A stretch of DNA of 62,343 bases, the filler included, from Sphacelaria rigidula (Eukaryota), in the NCBI GenBank assembly GCA_964200075.2. It is 9 parts of 9 records of this genome, joined end to end, with 100 filler letters (N's around TTAATTAATTAA, not from the genome) between each part and the next. Parts side by side here need not be neighbours in the genome. Positions count along the whole stretch, not along the records: positions 1 to 6,839 come from CAXNAA020017823.1; positions 6,940 to 13,778 come from CAXNAA020017824.1; 7 more parts are not named here. One strand, written 5' to 3'. The notes under the pieces were generated by a model. That model searched no databases. It was given only the letters and a program-made list of their open reading frames with translations, and was not told where the DNA came from. The first letter of the stretch is position 1. Each line of letters starts with the position of its first letter. Shown here piece by piece: positions 1 through 12,396 of the stretch. A program made the position numbers and the translations under genes.

Positions 1-1542
1 GCGGGGGGGGGGGGGGGGGGGGGGGGAAGGAGGGGGGGGGGGTACATCTCTCGTCCCGTCCCGACCCTGACCTGGTGTTTCCCGTGCCCCCCCCCTCGTG
101 CTTACAGGATGTTCTTGGCTGTTTTTCGCTGTTATAAGGTACGGTAAACCCCCATTCCGTCCTCACGGATCGCCCCGTTAATGCAACAGGAAATCCAGTC
201 CAGCCTCACCGGAAGTTGAACATATCTCGGGGATACATCCGGATCTTCGGCGCATAGATGTCGTGTACGAGTGGTGCCAAAAGATTGGGGGCGCACATTT
301 CTTCCCCTCAAGTTCTTCACTTTGATAGCCCTTCAAGTGTGAAACCTCAGACAACATTCGCCTTTGACAATGTCCCCCCTACCGCGGCACTACTTATGCG
401 TCACAAAAGCAAGCTCAAATCTGCCACTTTATTTTTTCGTGATGCTTGGCGAAGGCATGGCTTGCACAAAAGTCTGATCTCGCGTGTTTGCACACGATCT
501 CCGTGACGACTGGAAGGAGCAGGACGGTCATCTTACGGCAAAGTGTCATATGGAGTGAGTTAGCTAATGCACTGGCTGGGGTCTCTCAGTATGAGTGCCA
601 GGAGATACCATGATGCCAACCCACCAAGCTCCCACGTGGGCAACTCCACACAGACCTAGCTATCCATCCTTGACTACCACAGAGTAGGTTCATCCATGTT
701 CAGACTGCTGACAAGGAACTCACAGGTTTGCGTAGCATCACGTTTTCTACAAGCCTCTCTTGCTCAGCATAGCAGGGGCGCAGCCATAAGAGCAGAGCGT
801 AGTGATGGCCCAGGGTAGAGACCAAGGCGAGCCGGTAGCTGATGAGATAGGGCGACGCGACCTGCCGCCTCGGCTGAACAACCCTAACTAGTGACAGTAG
901 CAGACGCGATAACAACGCGTCACGGAATCCAGGGTCTACGAGGGGACCCGCACAGCGTATATCTTGCAACGCCTGTGAGCTTCACCACAAAAGACTCACT
1001 TTTCTCGTCCTGTCCCGCGATTTTTCGGCGATCGGAAATTTTCCCGTCCCGTCCCGCCCCATCTTGGAGTGAAAAGCTCTGGTCATGACTGCTGTGTTTT
1101 CTTCTTTCGTCATTTTCGAGTTGGGTGGGTTCATTTGGTTGAAGATCCAAAATCACATACACCCTCATCATCGGAAAGTAATTGAAAACACACGGCGAGT
1201 CGTGGCGTTCGATGTTTCCATGAGCATCTCTCCTCAAATTGCATGTCCTGCTAACTCGCAACACCTTGCGTAACGAACCCATGACATGTATATTTCCAAG
1301 AACGGGGAGAACGTTATACGGTAGAGGTGCACAATTTCTCTGAGGCTGTATACTTTACGAGCCTCTCAATGACAAATGAATGTGCCTTACTTAGTGTGCA
1401 GCCCCAGAAATATTTCGGACTGAGACATGCATCTCTAGCGTAACATCAGTTGTTTGTACGCTACAAAGTACTAGTTTCAATTTTCATGTTGGTCATTCGT
1501 AACCCTAATCCTGTGAGAGAAAGTTCCATTCAAAACCCGATC

Positions 1543-1899
1543 GCCCCGGTGGCTCAGTTGGTAACCTCGAGACCTTCTGACGGTTGGGTCGTGGGTTCGA
1601 ATCTCGGTGCAGTGACACGATCTGGGATATTTTCTCACACAATGCCCAACAGTGGAGAGCGACAATGTCGCTGGTACACAAAACTCGACTTCGCGGTCGA
1701 CGAAGGAAAGGGACTGCTGGACCCCTCTTACGATCACAAATAAGGCAAGCACCGCAGAAGGAAGGTGGAGTTCCAAAACAAGAGATAAAAAAGTATCCTA
1801 TGTTTGGTCTTCCTCCTATGTGACCCCGGTTGAAGCGCCCACACATATACCGAGAGGTGTAGGCTGGCGTCCAGAATAGATGGGATGACAACACACACA
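1543..1899 (+). mobile_element. tRNA-derived SINE, family A (full-length copy)
   Basis: tRNA-like head GCCCCGGTGGCTCAGTTGGTAA...GGGTCGTGGGTTCGAATC with Pol III A and B boxes. It has a ~280-bp body, a 3' stem-loop and a (CA)n tail, and is homologous end to end to 43815-44164. Confidence 0.85.
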
Positions 1900-3164
1900 A
1901 TGTCGTTGTGGATGTTTTTTTCTCTACCCATACACAAACCGTGACAAGATAGAGCCGAAAACAGCTGTCGTTGCTCTTACCTTGATGTCAGGTAGAGGCC
2001 CGCCAACCCCCAGCGGAATCGAGAAATAGTTCAGATACATTCTGAGTTTTGTACCACACCGCTACCAACAAGTACCCCCACGAGACCGCACTGGGTGTCT
2101 TAAGATAACGCGGAATAAGAACCTACCTGAATGACCTATCAAAGAACTCGGCGCACTCCACGCTGACTATACGGTGGTGACGGGGGGCCTACTTCTTGTG
2201 TCAACTGATTACTATGCTGCTATTCGTCGTATTTTTATCGGGGGTACTTTCTGGGAGTCAAGTGGTGAGACCACCCTATACTCGTTTCTCAATGAAAGAA
2301 AAACCACGTTTTTCGGGGTCGAACCCCGTTATTTGAGGGCCGAACCTCATTTTCAAATACTCCATTGCGGCGCGGATCTGGGCTCCACCACAAAACACTC
2401 TGTGGAGAATACCCTCGGTACCCTCCAGGCGGAGGCTACTCAATTTGCCGTGGGTGGGGGATAGGGTTCAGATCACACTTTAGGTCGGACCGAAAACGAG
2501 GTATGAGGTAGAAGTATGTTCAACCATCGGTTTCCGCCGCCGAGCTTGCGAGAAGCCTTGATACATTATATACACGTGTACAGTGTGTGTTGTTTCCATC
2601 CGCTTTTCCTTCAGACCGGTGATTTCTTGTTCACTCCGTGTGTGTGCCACGTTTGAAGCAAACGCGAGACTAAATGATTGCTCCGAATCGGTGCCGTCGC
2701 AGGTGCCGATTTGAGGTCTGCCAACGCGCACTTTGCAAAGGGCATCTTTTGCACCCCCCCTGCCCGAGGGTCCTCCGTATGCCTTGGATTAGGCTTAGGG
2801 TCAGCGTTAACGCTATTTCAAAAATGTACCAACCGTGGATAATTTGGAGGCGTATTCGGGCAGACGCACCTCCTTTCTTGTCGGGGGTGAGGAATTCAGA
2901 ATTTGTGGAATGTCAAAGAAACACACGGCGGTCAAGGCCGTTCCTGTAACGAACGGTTGAGCTTTTTTTTTCTTGTTGAATGCTTCAGTGTTGTAGGGAC
3001 ATTTGATCCAGTTTGGTTTTGCTCTCAAACCGGGAACATCGCCCTCTCACGTGTCTTCAACACTTTGCACCACCCCACCGAGGGGAGTCTAGCCCACTTT
3101 TCCAACTCGCTTGGCTCTGAGATTTCGAGAATGACCTTTGAATGAACAAGAGTCCAACTGGTCA

Positions 3165-3440
3165 TGAAAATGTGCGAGCATGATGTCACCATTAGGGTGG
3201 AGAGAACGTGTGTTCAATTCCCGATGAGTTGGGTCTTTTTATTTTTAATATCTCATTTTTCATGTCAAAAGCGTGCCTACGCGAGTAAATAGAAAGAGTT
3301 GAGGCGGTGCGGCAGTGCTGACCCAATCCGCAAGACCAAAATGAGGGCATGTACCGGGGGAGACCTGGGCCCATCCCTTGAGGCCACGGACTCATCCCGA
3401 GGAAGGGGAGGGATTCAAAGTGTGATTAAAACACAATAAA
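3165..3440 (+). mobile_element. tRNA(Pro)-like SINE, family B (degenerate copy)
   Basis: TTAGGGTGGAGAGAACGTGTGTTCAATTCCC head remnant. The body (GCGGTGCGGCAGTGCTGACCCAATCCGCAAGACCAAAATG ... CCCGAGGAAGGGGAGGG) matches 47688-47998. Boundaries are approximate. Confidence 0.75.
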
Positions 3441-4993
3441 TGATGTGGAAATATCGAAACATCACTACGGGCACCGCATTTTTTTATGTCCAGTTGGATA
3501 TTCATCATAGAGACCATTCTCCGAACCTCGGAGTCAAGCGAACCCGAACGCATGAGCTAGACTCCTCTCGGTGGTGTGATGCAACCCACCCAAGAAATTT
3601 GACGGTAATATTCCCGGTTTGGGGGCCAAAACCTATTGGCCAAGTGTCCCAAAACTGAAAAAAAATTACGTCAAAATCCTAACCGTTAGAAACGGTCTAT
3701 TATACAGAAAGAATTGTATCGTCGTACGCCGACAAAAACGTCGGAATAGCGTTCGTCGAACAGCGGCAATGTGTCGCTACTACGGCCGCGGTGGCACCAA
3801 AGGGCATGCAATAGTGTGGCCCGAAGGGGTCCGCGTGCTGTACTTCCACGAGACTGTAGCTGACAGTGATGCAAAAGGTCTAGTACGAGGTATGAGGACA
3901 GAGGTTACACCCACAGTGATACACTTGTGGAGAGACGCAGCTGCTGCGGAATGGCATCTGTGTGGCCATCAACTTTCCGTACTGCGTTGAGTGCGCATGC
4001 GTGCACGTGCACGTTGAAACCGTACCCTTTTAAAAGAGTTCACGAGCAATCCTGGGGGCCGTTCGACATGTTACCCATCGCTGCTGTGCCATAGTGGTCC
4101 CCGTCGCGCTGGCGAAGACGTGTATATATTACGCTGTGACAGCAAAACAAGGGTCTCAGTTTCGTGCCATGAGGCAATTCTAGGCCAAGATGGCTAATCG
4201 ATAGATGTGGCCCTCACTGCTGTCTGAGTTCAATGCATTTCGAAGAGATACCGCTGGTTCGTCGTATACCCAAACATGTCGTGGGACGAAAAACACTGTG
4301 CATTCGGCTGCAGTGCAGCCTCTCCTACCGTACTCAGTATATAACGTGCATTTACCTACGGACATTGCCGGTTGTTCACCATACACGGAAAGGACGGGAA
4401 AAAACAAACAAACACGAGATACACGACGGGGAAAAGAAGAAAAACGAGGCAGAGGAAGAGAACGGACATTATCCGCATCACGCTAGAAAGAAACACTCCT
4501 ACCACTAGCGACGTGAAATAAATACTGAAGCACATGCCAATGCACTGTCACATGAACAGCGCCCGCCACCGGCAGACGGTGCGTATGCCACGCGATATAC
4601 TCCACGGCAGACAGTTCTCACAGAGTTCAAATATGTCTAGAACAAATAATTATCTACATACCATGTGATGCTTCCAAAACGCACTCATCCGTACGTACAA
4701 AAGTAACAAAAACCACAGTGACAAAATGGGAGAAAAATAAGCTGTCAATACCGATATCACGAATGCCTTCTGTCCTGACCGTACTTATCCAAGGGGGGGG
4801 AATACGTCGACCAGCTACCTGGAGTATCCATAGCGTGGAGCAAAGTAGAACACAAGCCTGACGCAGCGCGTGCGATAACATGAGGGGAAAAATACTGCCT
4901 CTGCCACACTACGCAGCAGGAAAACCCCCAATGATGAAGATACCACAGGCAGATGCAGACAATCGTAACAAAAAAAAGAGCCCTCTACCTCAC

Positions 4994-6623
4994 CTTTCCA
5001 AAGCTCGCCCAATACCACGACATAGCATCGCCCGCCCTGGCACCCATTTCAGCGGCCGCTTCAACGGCCGGTCGTCGTGGGTTGAGTATCGGCTCATGAT
5101 CTGGAGATGAGCACGAATCCCACGTCTCCGCCTCTTCCCTGCCCGCATCCGCTGCTGCCGATGGAGCTTCTCCGACTCCCGCCGCGCAACCATCGTCCCC
5201 CGCTGCTTCTTGCGGCTTTCCTCCGACACCCATCCCACAAACCTGACCTCTTGGAATCTCTCGCATGGCGATACCCTCTACTGCGAGGTTCCCCGCCCCC
5301 ATTACCCCTACCCCCGCCTCCAACCCCGCGATAGTGTCACGACTACCGCCACCATCGTCGAGATCCCGAGAGTATCTTCCCGCTGCCGTCGTAAAAATTA
5401 CGTGCCCCGACTGCTCGGTGACACCCTGCCCCGCCGACGCCTCGGCAACGTCCTCCCCCTTGAAGGCACCTCCGTCCCCGCTGGCTTGAGTAGCGTCTGA
5501 AGCAAGAGCCGCTACATCACCAGCCGCGGACACCGCTACGCCGGCTACGCCTTGGCCGGCGGCGGCAGCGACCTCCTCCTCTGGAGATGCAGTGACAGCG
5601 GCTGCGTCGTTCTTCAACCCGTCCACCCCGGTGTCGGCAGATTTCTCCTTCTCCCTCCCGCCATCACCACCTAAAACCAGCGGAGGTCGAAGCCGCTTTT
5701 CACCGCGGTCACAACACCCCATTGCACCCCCCCCCCCAATGCGCTGCCAACCACATTCGCGAGGTTGAATGGCGGTTGGGAGGAGTCGGCGACGCTGCCA
5801 CCGTCTGCGCCGCTACCTTTGGAAGTGGCCTCGCCGCTGGTTGTTGTTGACGATGTAGGGGAAGCCGTGCGTCCGCTGTGCTCGTGATACCTGTATTGCT
5901 CATTGATAACATTCAACTGTTCTTGCAGGGAATTCACGGGGGTGGGGGGGGGGCGAGGGGCGAGAGGTCTTGGGTCAGCATTGCGAGGAGTCGTGGCTAC
6001 AAAGTCAAGGCAGAATGTGATGTGATGTCGCTGTCTTCAGAACCATTCAGGTCGTGGAGAGCGTCACCGAGCTACGGATGAACGATACCATCGCCGGCCC
6101 TCGGGATGAAAAATGTGTCTTACATATCCATACGGCTTTTGCGCGGCGAAATATTCATAGCTACCTGCGCGATGCTGGGCAAGACACAGGCGGGGTTGCG
6201 GTCAAGTACCACCTGATAGCCAAGCGTCTTACCCCCTGAGAATCACGAGTTTCTCTCAAACACCAGAATTGAAAACAAGAGAAAATTCGCACCGGCGCTT
6301 TCAGTAAGTCACACAGCAACAATAAAAGATTGTCCACCGCACTGCATAAGAGAAAGACAGACGAAATACCACATCAACAGGAGAGCACACACACATTCCC
6401 ATCACCACATCTAGAGAGAGAGGGAAAAAAGAAAACAGCGACGAGAAAGTAGCATATGCTCAAGATCCTGCAAACTACCTTAAAATCCAGAAGACCTCAC
6501 GTTGTCAAAGACGAAAGGCAGCTCCGCTGTATGGCAAGAAACGCCGGAGCAAGCGGGAAACCCGGGCACTTCCGTGGGGCTGAACTCGTACACGAACACG
6601 GGCGCAGCTCGCCCGTGTTGTTC
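4994..6623 (-). CDS. Type-B carboxylesterase/cholinesterase-family protein, C-terminal exons (6623-6501 and 5916-4994), partial
   Basis: Exon 6623-6501 (cag|...|gtgagg, phase 0) reads EQHGRAAPVFVYEFSPTEVPGFPACSGVSCHTAELPFVFDN, which contains the catalytic-His motif HxxELxFVF. The next exon ends in DAMSWYWASFGK|gtgagg, matching the MxxYWxxFAK helix. One frameshift lies in an 11-G run near 5727-5737. Confidence 0.8.
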
Positions 6624-7265
6624 CTGCACACGGAACAATGGGGCCGCAGAAGGGCACATCTCAGTACGTCTGGTAGGTGGGTAAAGACCGAATGGTCCAG
6701 GCCTCTTCTTTCCAGACCTTGGACGGCGATTTCCTCCTCAACCGCCGTACCCTGCAAGACTCGTCGACCACCTCACATAACTCGCGGGATCCGGGGGGGG
6801 GGGGGGGGGGGGGGAGGAGCCGGGGCCCGGGGTGGTGTGNNNNNNNNNNNNNNNNNNNNNNNNNNNNNNNNNNNNNNNNNNNNTTAATTAATTAANNNNN
6901 NNNNNNNNNNNNNNNNNNNNNNNNNNNNNNNNNNNNNNNGATCAAAAGGTGGGTCAAACGTCATAAAAGTGAACAATCCGTGGGCCAAAGATCTGTTTGC
7001 CATAACATCCGGCCTAAGGTCCCACAATCAAATAATTCCTCCCACAAAATCGATGTCCACATTTCATGAGCTCTACAACAGTACTATCTTACTGTGTGCA
7101 GTACATTACAGTACAGTGGTATCTGTGCAGGCCCATTATCAATAGAAAACCTCCAAGAGCCATCAACTACTCTACAGCACAATGCCGCCTGGTGCAAACA
7201 TGTTATTATACTACTAGATCTGACTATACTACTGCGCTGTCTGCATTGCACGGTCTGCACTGCAC

Positions 7266-7427
7266 CTGGGGTGTGCGTTTGCTGCTCGTGCTACTGCCGC
7301 CAAAGCCAAACTTCCAGGTCGAGGGCATAGTGATGCCGTAAACAGTACCCAGCACCATACCGAGGACAAGGTACCCCATACCAGCGGGAGACACACGGAA
7401 AAGACTACTGCTAGGCATGGCTACCAT
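7266..7427 (-). CDS. Possible first exon of a membrane-anchored protein divergent from the ankyrin gene
   Basis: MVAMPSSSLFRVSPAGMGYLVLGMVLGTVYGITMPSTWKFGFGG...TPQ|gtgcag has a hydrophobic segment and a donor-like site. No recognisable domain. Confidence 0.3.
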
Positions 7428-8230
7428 CCTGCAGCTGTGACCTTTTGGTCCCAATAGACAAGTGACACGTGCGTCAAACAGCCGAATCTGGCGTGCTGCG
7501 CAAGCTGCGCAAGCTGTGCAAGCTGTGCAAGCTGTGCACGATCTCTCAGTACAGAAAAAATGTTGCGGCCATTCTCCACGACTGCAACAGTCGCCCGTGT
7601 GAGTATACTTGAATGACCCGCGGTCACAGCAAGATGTCCCGACATAAGCAGCTTCACGGACACCGTCTCTATGTACAAGGATATATGTATATGAATATAT
7701 GTGTGTATAAATTATCTACTTGTACGATTTCGGGCATCTTACCCTTTGACGCCGTTGCTTGGCCGTGAGGAAGTGCGGTGGGCCAGACGCCAGGCCCCGG
7801 CAGGCTGCAACGGCGCGTTATCACAGAGAGAAATTTGAAATTTGAACCGTCAGCAAATACGCCGCATTATTATTCAAGTTGAACGCGCCGGCATGCGCTC
7901 GCTTGTAGCCGCACTGGAGCTCCACGGCGTTCCTGTTCTCCGATTACCTAAACTAGACCTCAGATATTGAATCCCTTGGTATAGCTTTGTTACTCTTTAT
8001 CGGTGTCTTGTTTGTGGAGCACGAGGGTACTGTGGCGAGAAGGGCAACGAAATAAATTCACCCACGGCGAAGCGAGACTTCAACGCGCCTCTTGTCCCGA
8101 TATAACTGCTGTTTCCCGCGATCCATGCGAATTGAAAGCCACGGTGGGCGATACTACTACTTGTGGCGGCAGCGGCGGCAGTGCGGTATCGAAAAAAACT
8201 ACCGTCAGAACTAAGTCGAGAGCACCATCT

Positions 8231-11200
8231 ATGACAACGGCGACAACAACAACTGTAAACATGGAGGATAAGCGACGACTCTACAAGCAGCCGGTGGAAT
8301 GGAGTCTGCTCGATTTTGTGGGAAAGTACCACTTGAACCGCATGGCTACCGACACCCCTGTACCCGGCACTGCCATAAGAGTAGAGCGAGAGCGGCAGGC
8401 TTTCATGGAGAAACGAGCGAACGCCTTGAAGGAGGTAATCAATGACATGGAAGCACGGCGGGCCATTCGAGTGGTGAGCAAGACACGCAAAGCTGCCGTC
8501 ATTGCTCGTGTGGAGGTGCAGGCTACTGTCGGGCACAAGATGAATGCAGGTCAACAGGAGAGGCAGACTAGAAATCGAGCGCCATTATTTGAGACATGTG
8601 GAACAGACCGAGAGACAGCAAGTGTCAGATGCTCTGCAGTACTTTATATTGTGCATAATTTCGTACCGGAGAGAACGAAGCTAACTGGTGACGTCCATAC
8701 ACCGTTTTTTTCGAAGGTCAGGCGCCTATGTACTAGGCCTAACGATATGGAAATAAGACTTGCTTGCGGAAGGCCCGATGTTAATCGGTGCATGAAAGCA
8801 CTGGACACACATGAAGAAACGGACATGACCTGGAGACCTTTAGCATCAGATGCTCTCATTTTTTCATACAAACACCGAGTCTAAGTACAGATACCCATAC
8901 ACTCTCATACAATCAAACGCCCAACTGTTTTTTGCCGTGCAATGCACGTTACACGTGCATGCTCCGTCGCAGTGGAACACATGTACCGCAACACGTCATC
9001 GACGAAGAGACAAATGATGAAAACATCAAGGAACGTCCCTGACGACGACTTTCGCACGTTCCTCGGCCACGTGGAGTCCAACAACGTGTATCAGGTATGC
9101 CATGGCCTCGGTTGCACACGTCACCACCTTCGCTCGTCGACCTGACCCCTCTGCTCAGGAACGTGTGTAACCATGTATCACGGGCACCAAAAGCCACCAA
9201 TCATGCTTCCTCGCTTTTGTGCTATTTCGTCTCCAGGATGAATATGGGATACGCGTCGACGAGGACGTCATCAAGAGAGCGTCCAATATGCGAACAATCC
9301 AACAGTACCTTTTACATGCGTCTATCACACGAACACGTTGGGTGTGTCACAAGATCCGCCCAAACGTACGCCTGTGGCCGACTGTACGGTATACCTAACA
9401 CCAAACCAATTTCGAATTAATTAAAGTGTTTCAGAGCCTCAACATCAGATCCACAACAATCTGGGAAAACACTTCCCCTAGATCACCACCAGGTCAAGTC
9501 GCGAATACGTCAAGATGATGCGCTCCGCCTCATCGCAACGGCGGAAGAGAGGTACGGGAACACACCTCTACACCGATCGGTGTCGCTTGGTTTTGTCGAG
9601 ATGACTCGCATGATCCTTGAAGCTGGAGCACACGTGGACGAACTCAACAATATGGGAGATGCCCCGATTCACTGTTGTTGGCGATTCTGGCGGTGCGACG
9701 CCTCCAAGTACTTCTTATGGGAAAAGGATCCGTTCCTCATGGTCACTCCAAAACAACGGAAAGACTACGAGCTTATGGTGAGGTGCGTGTCGCAGAATAC
9801 GCAGTATTGATGAGCGATCGTGTGTCGAGTGAAGACGTAGAATACAGATGGCTGAACCCGGGATGCCACAGACTTGACGCTGAAACTGTCTGCCCAGCTC
9901 TAGAGCATGAGCCTCCAATGAATTGTATTAGGTATCTGGAAGTAATCTCCTTGTGTTTTGTCCACATTGAAATGATGCAAGAAATCTGCGCGTAAACAAT
10001 GATACACCCATAACAGTTTGTTCAGCGACGATGAGCACTCTCGTTCATCACCCCGTGATGATTTGACGGTAGCAGTATTTTCCGTTCAGGCCCACAGTGC
10101 TTCCCATGTATCCAGCCGATGGTGCATCCGTGCCCCAAAGATGCCGCATACTGTACGTACTTCTCCTTCATGATCAAGGGAGAACATGTGAAAATCACAG
10201 TGGAGCTGCTGCAGCTACTTGCGCGGGCAGGAGCCGACGTAGATCTCCAGAAAAACAACGGCGACGTCGCGCTTCACATCGCCGCCCGGCGCGGGCCGCT
10301 GCAAGCCGTGTGGGTCCTCCTGTTCAGCAAAGCCAGTCACGACTTGAGAGACCATCGAATGTTCACCCCGGAGAGCGCGGCGGCGCGTGCGGGGAAAAAA
10401 GAAGCAGCGGCACTCTTGGCCAATTGGTCAATCGCGCGACTGAAATATCTCGACTCCGAGTTCATTCACGAGTGGATGCACTTTTTACGTGACCCCGACG
10501 CGAATCTCGGGCAACGTTTAACGGCGACAGAAATGGTGGGCTTGATCAGGATGGAAGCACATGAGGAGAACACCGCCGTGCGAGCGCGCGGCGGTCACAC
10601 CCTGATTGATGAGACAATCACGGGTCCTATCGTGCCTGCGGCGCTCCGGGCGGAGGACCCTTTGGCCAATTTTTCCGTTGATTCAGTCGATGTTACGAGC
10701 ACGCTGGAGAGTGGGACTAAAGCATCAAATAGGAGCACATCTCAAGCGCTTGGTGAGGTGAGAACGAGGCATGTAAATTGTCGATGACTGCAGGGCATTT
10801 CAATAGGTGATGAACATAGTATGACCACAGGCATCTGAGAACCTTGGTGGCAAAGTGTAAAAAAACAACTTTCCTGTTGTAGTCACGTACCGTGGTACAG
10901 ATTGCTGTTTCAGCGGCAGCGTGACAAAAAAGACGATCACTCGTTGTGACGTGATGAATTAAGCAGTGTCGGGTTCCAACGATGACAATCAAGTCTATAT
11001 TCCGGTTTTTGAATCGCCTGATTCCGTGAAAGGCATACAATAATGAACCTGGGGAGAACCAGAAACCTAAGAAGAAGACCAAGAGCAAACTCGGCGCCGA
11101 AATCGATGTCTTTCTTGCACAAGCACGGGACGAGAACGGAGGTACACTCGTCGCGGGGGGGGGGCTTGGCGAACTAACGGCTTATTCTCGGCTCGTGACA

Positions 11201-12396
11201 AAGGCCAACTTGGAAGGCCGAAGGAGCCGCTGGCCGGGGAGAGTCGACAATTGTGGAAAGGCGACGGATGGGGGGCGTGCTCAGGCAGATCCGTTTGGCA
11301 GACCTATGACAACAAGCCAGCGACGGCAGGTTGCCGCCCTCGAGATTGCTGAGGATGGAGGTGACGTTTTCTTCACAGGGGATGTTAAGGCGCTACGTTG
11401 GCACCTGGATTCGTGTTTTTGATTGAAACGAAAATGGAACCGGCGACCACTACAGTATGAACCAACTACGCTCTTACAAAACTTTTATCGCCCTAATTGG
11501 GGGGATGCACCGAAAGAAATCCCGTTATGTCGTCGCATATCATAATTTTCGACGGGGCTTCGGGCTACTTGTGCTCTGTAAAGATCAGGGCAATGGATGA
11601 GGTTGCAACTTATGCGCTGACGTTAAACTGTGCGCTAGATGGCGAAATCTGGACAGTCTCTGTGTGATGTATGTACCGTACTACACATGCCCGTACGCGC
11701 ACCTGACGAAGAATAGGTAGCACCTGGCAGGAATACCCGGTGCGATGGACTCATCGCGGGGCGGGATTCGTCGCCCCTGCGTCGTGCACCCGTCTTTGTA
11801 ACTGCAGCAGCACACGATAATCAGAATCCAAAGCCTGAATATTCAAGTATCATTCGGTATCGTGTATGGTATCCATCTAAAAAATCATCGCAGATAACCA
11901 AGGGTCGAGATCACCCCGTCATTCCACCTATCCCGTTTCTCTCGTGGTGTTGCACGATGGCTTTACCGTACTCTGTAACACAAAAACGTCTCCGAACCGA
12001 AACCGCTGCTTCCCTCGCTATCCAGTCGTCGAAGGGTCACTGCTCCGACCTGCCACGTCATCTGTCTTGCTCACTACTCGGTCGAGGGCGGCCAAAAAGG
12101 CGATGGCACCGCATCCTTTCTACGGCAGACGCTTGCTCACGAGGCATGTCCTGGAGCAGCGAAAGAGAGAAGCCAGCATGAAGCCCACGGCTACCATTTG
12201 TGTTGACGGGAATTCGGAGGGCACTACGTCGGGAAAAATGGGCGGCGCACCGCCGGGCGAGATTTACTTAAGTGACACTAGAACGGTGAGAGGCTTCCTT
12301 TTCCAGAAAAATATGCGTGACGTCCTCCCAAGGCGAGCCGTAAGTCCTATCTCACTCCTGAAAGGGGGGCGGGGGCACAGAGTGCTGCCGCGGTAG
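8231..12396 (+). CDS. Ankyrin-repeat protein, 6 predicted exons (8231-8549, 8973-9094, 9493-9777, 10179-10757, 11033-11360, 12026-12396)
   Basis: Ankyrin motifs YGNTPLHRSVSLGFVEMTRMILEAGAHVD, MGDAPIH, GADVDLQKNNGDVALHIAARRG. All introns are GT-AG with compatible phases. The start codon and last exon end are less certain. Confidence 0.85.

Noticed and set aside
1543..1615. tRNA gene (also 44090-44164, 44961-45035, 47688-47760)
   Set aside because: No acceptor stem, a broken T-stem, and each head is attached to a conserved ~250-280-bp body and tail. These are SINE heads.
3690..4115. Next esterase exon (candidates HADPFG at ~3837 and RDGDH at ~4110, minus strand)
   Set aside because: Neither gives the expected GxPN motif convincingly. 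Left unresolved.
6884..6895. TTAATTAATTAA as a biological palindrome or regulatory motif
   Set aside because: It is part of the synthetic linker and is identical in all eight gaps.
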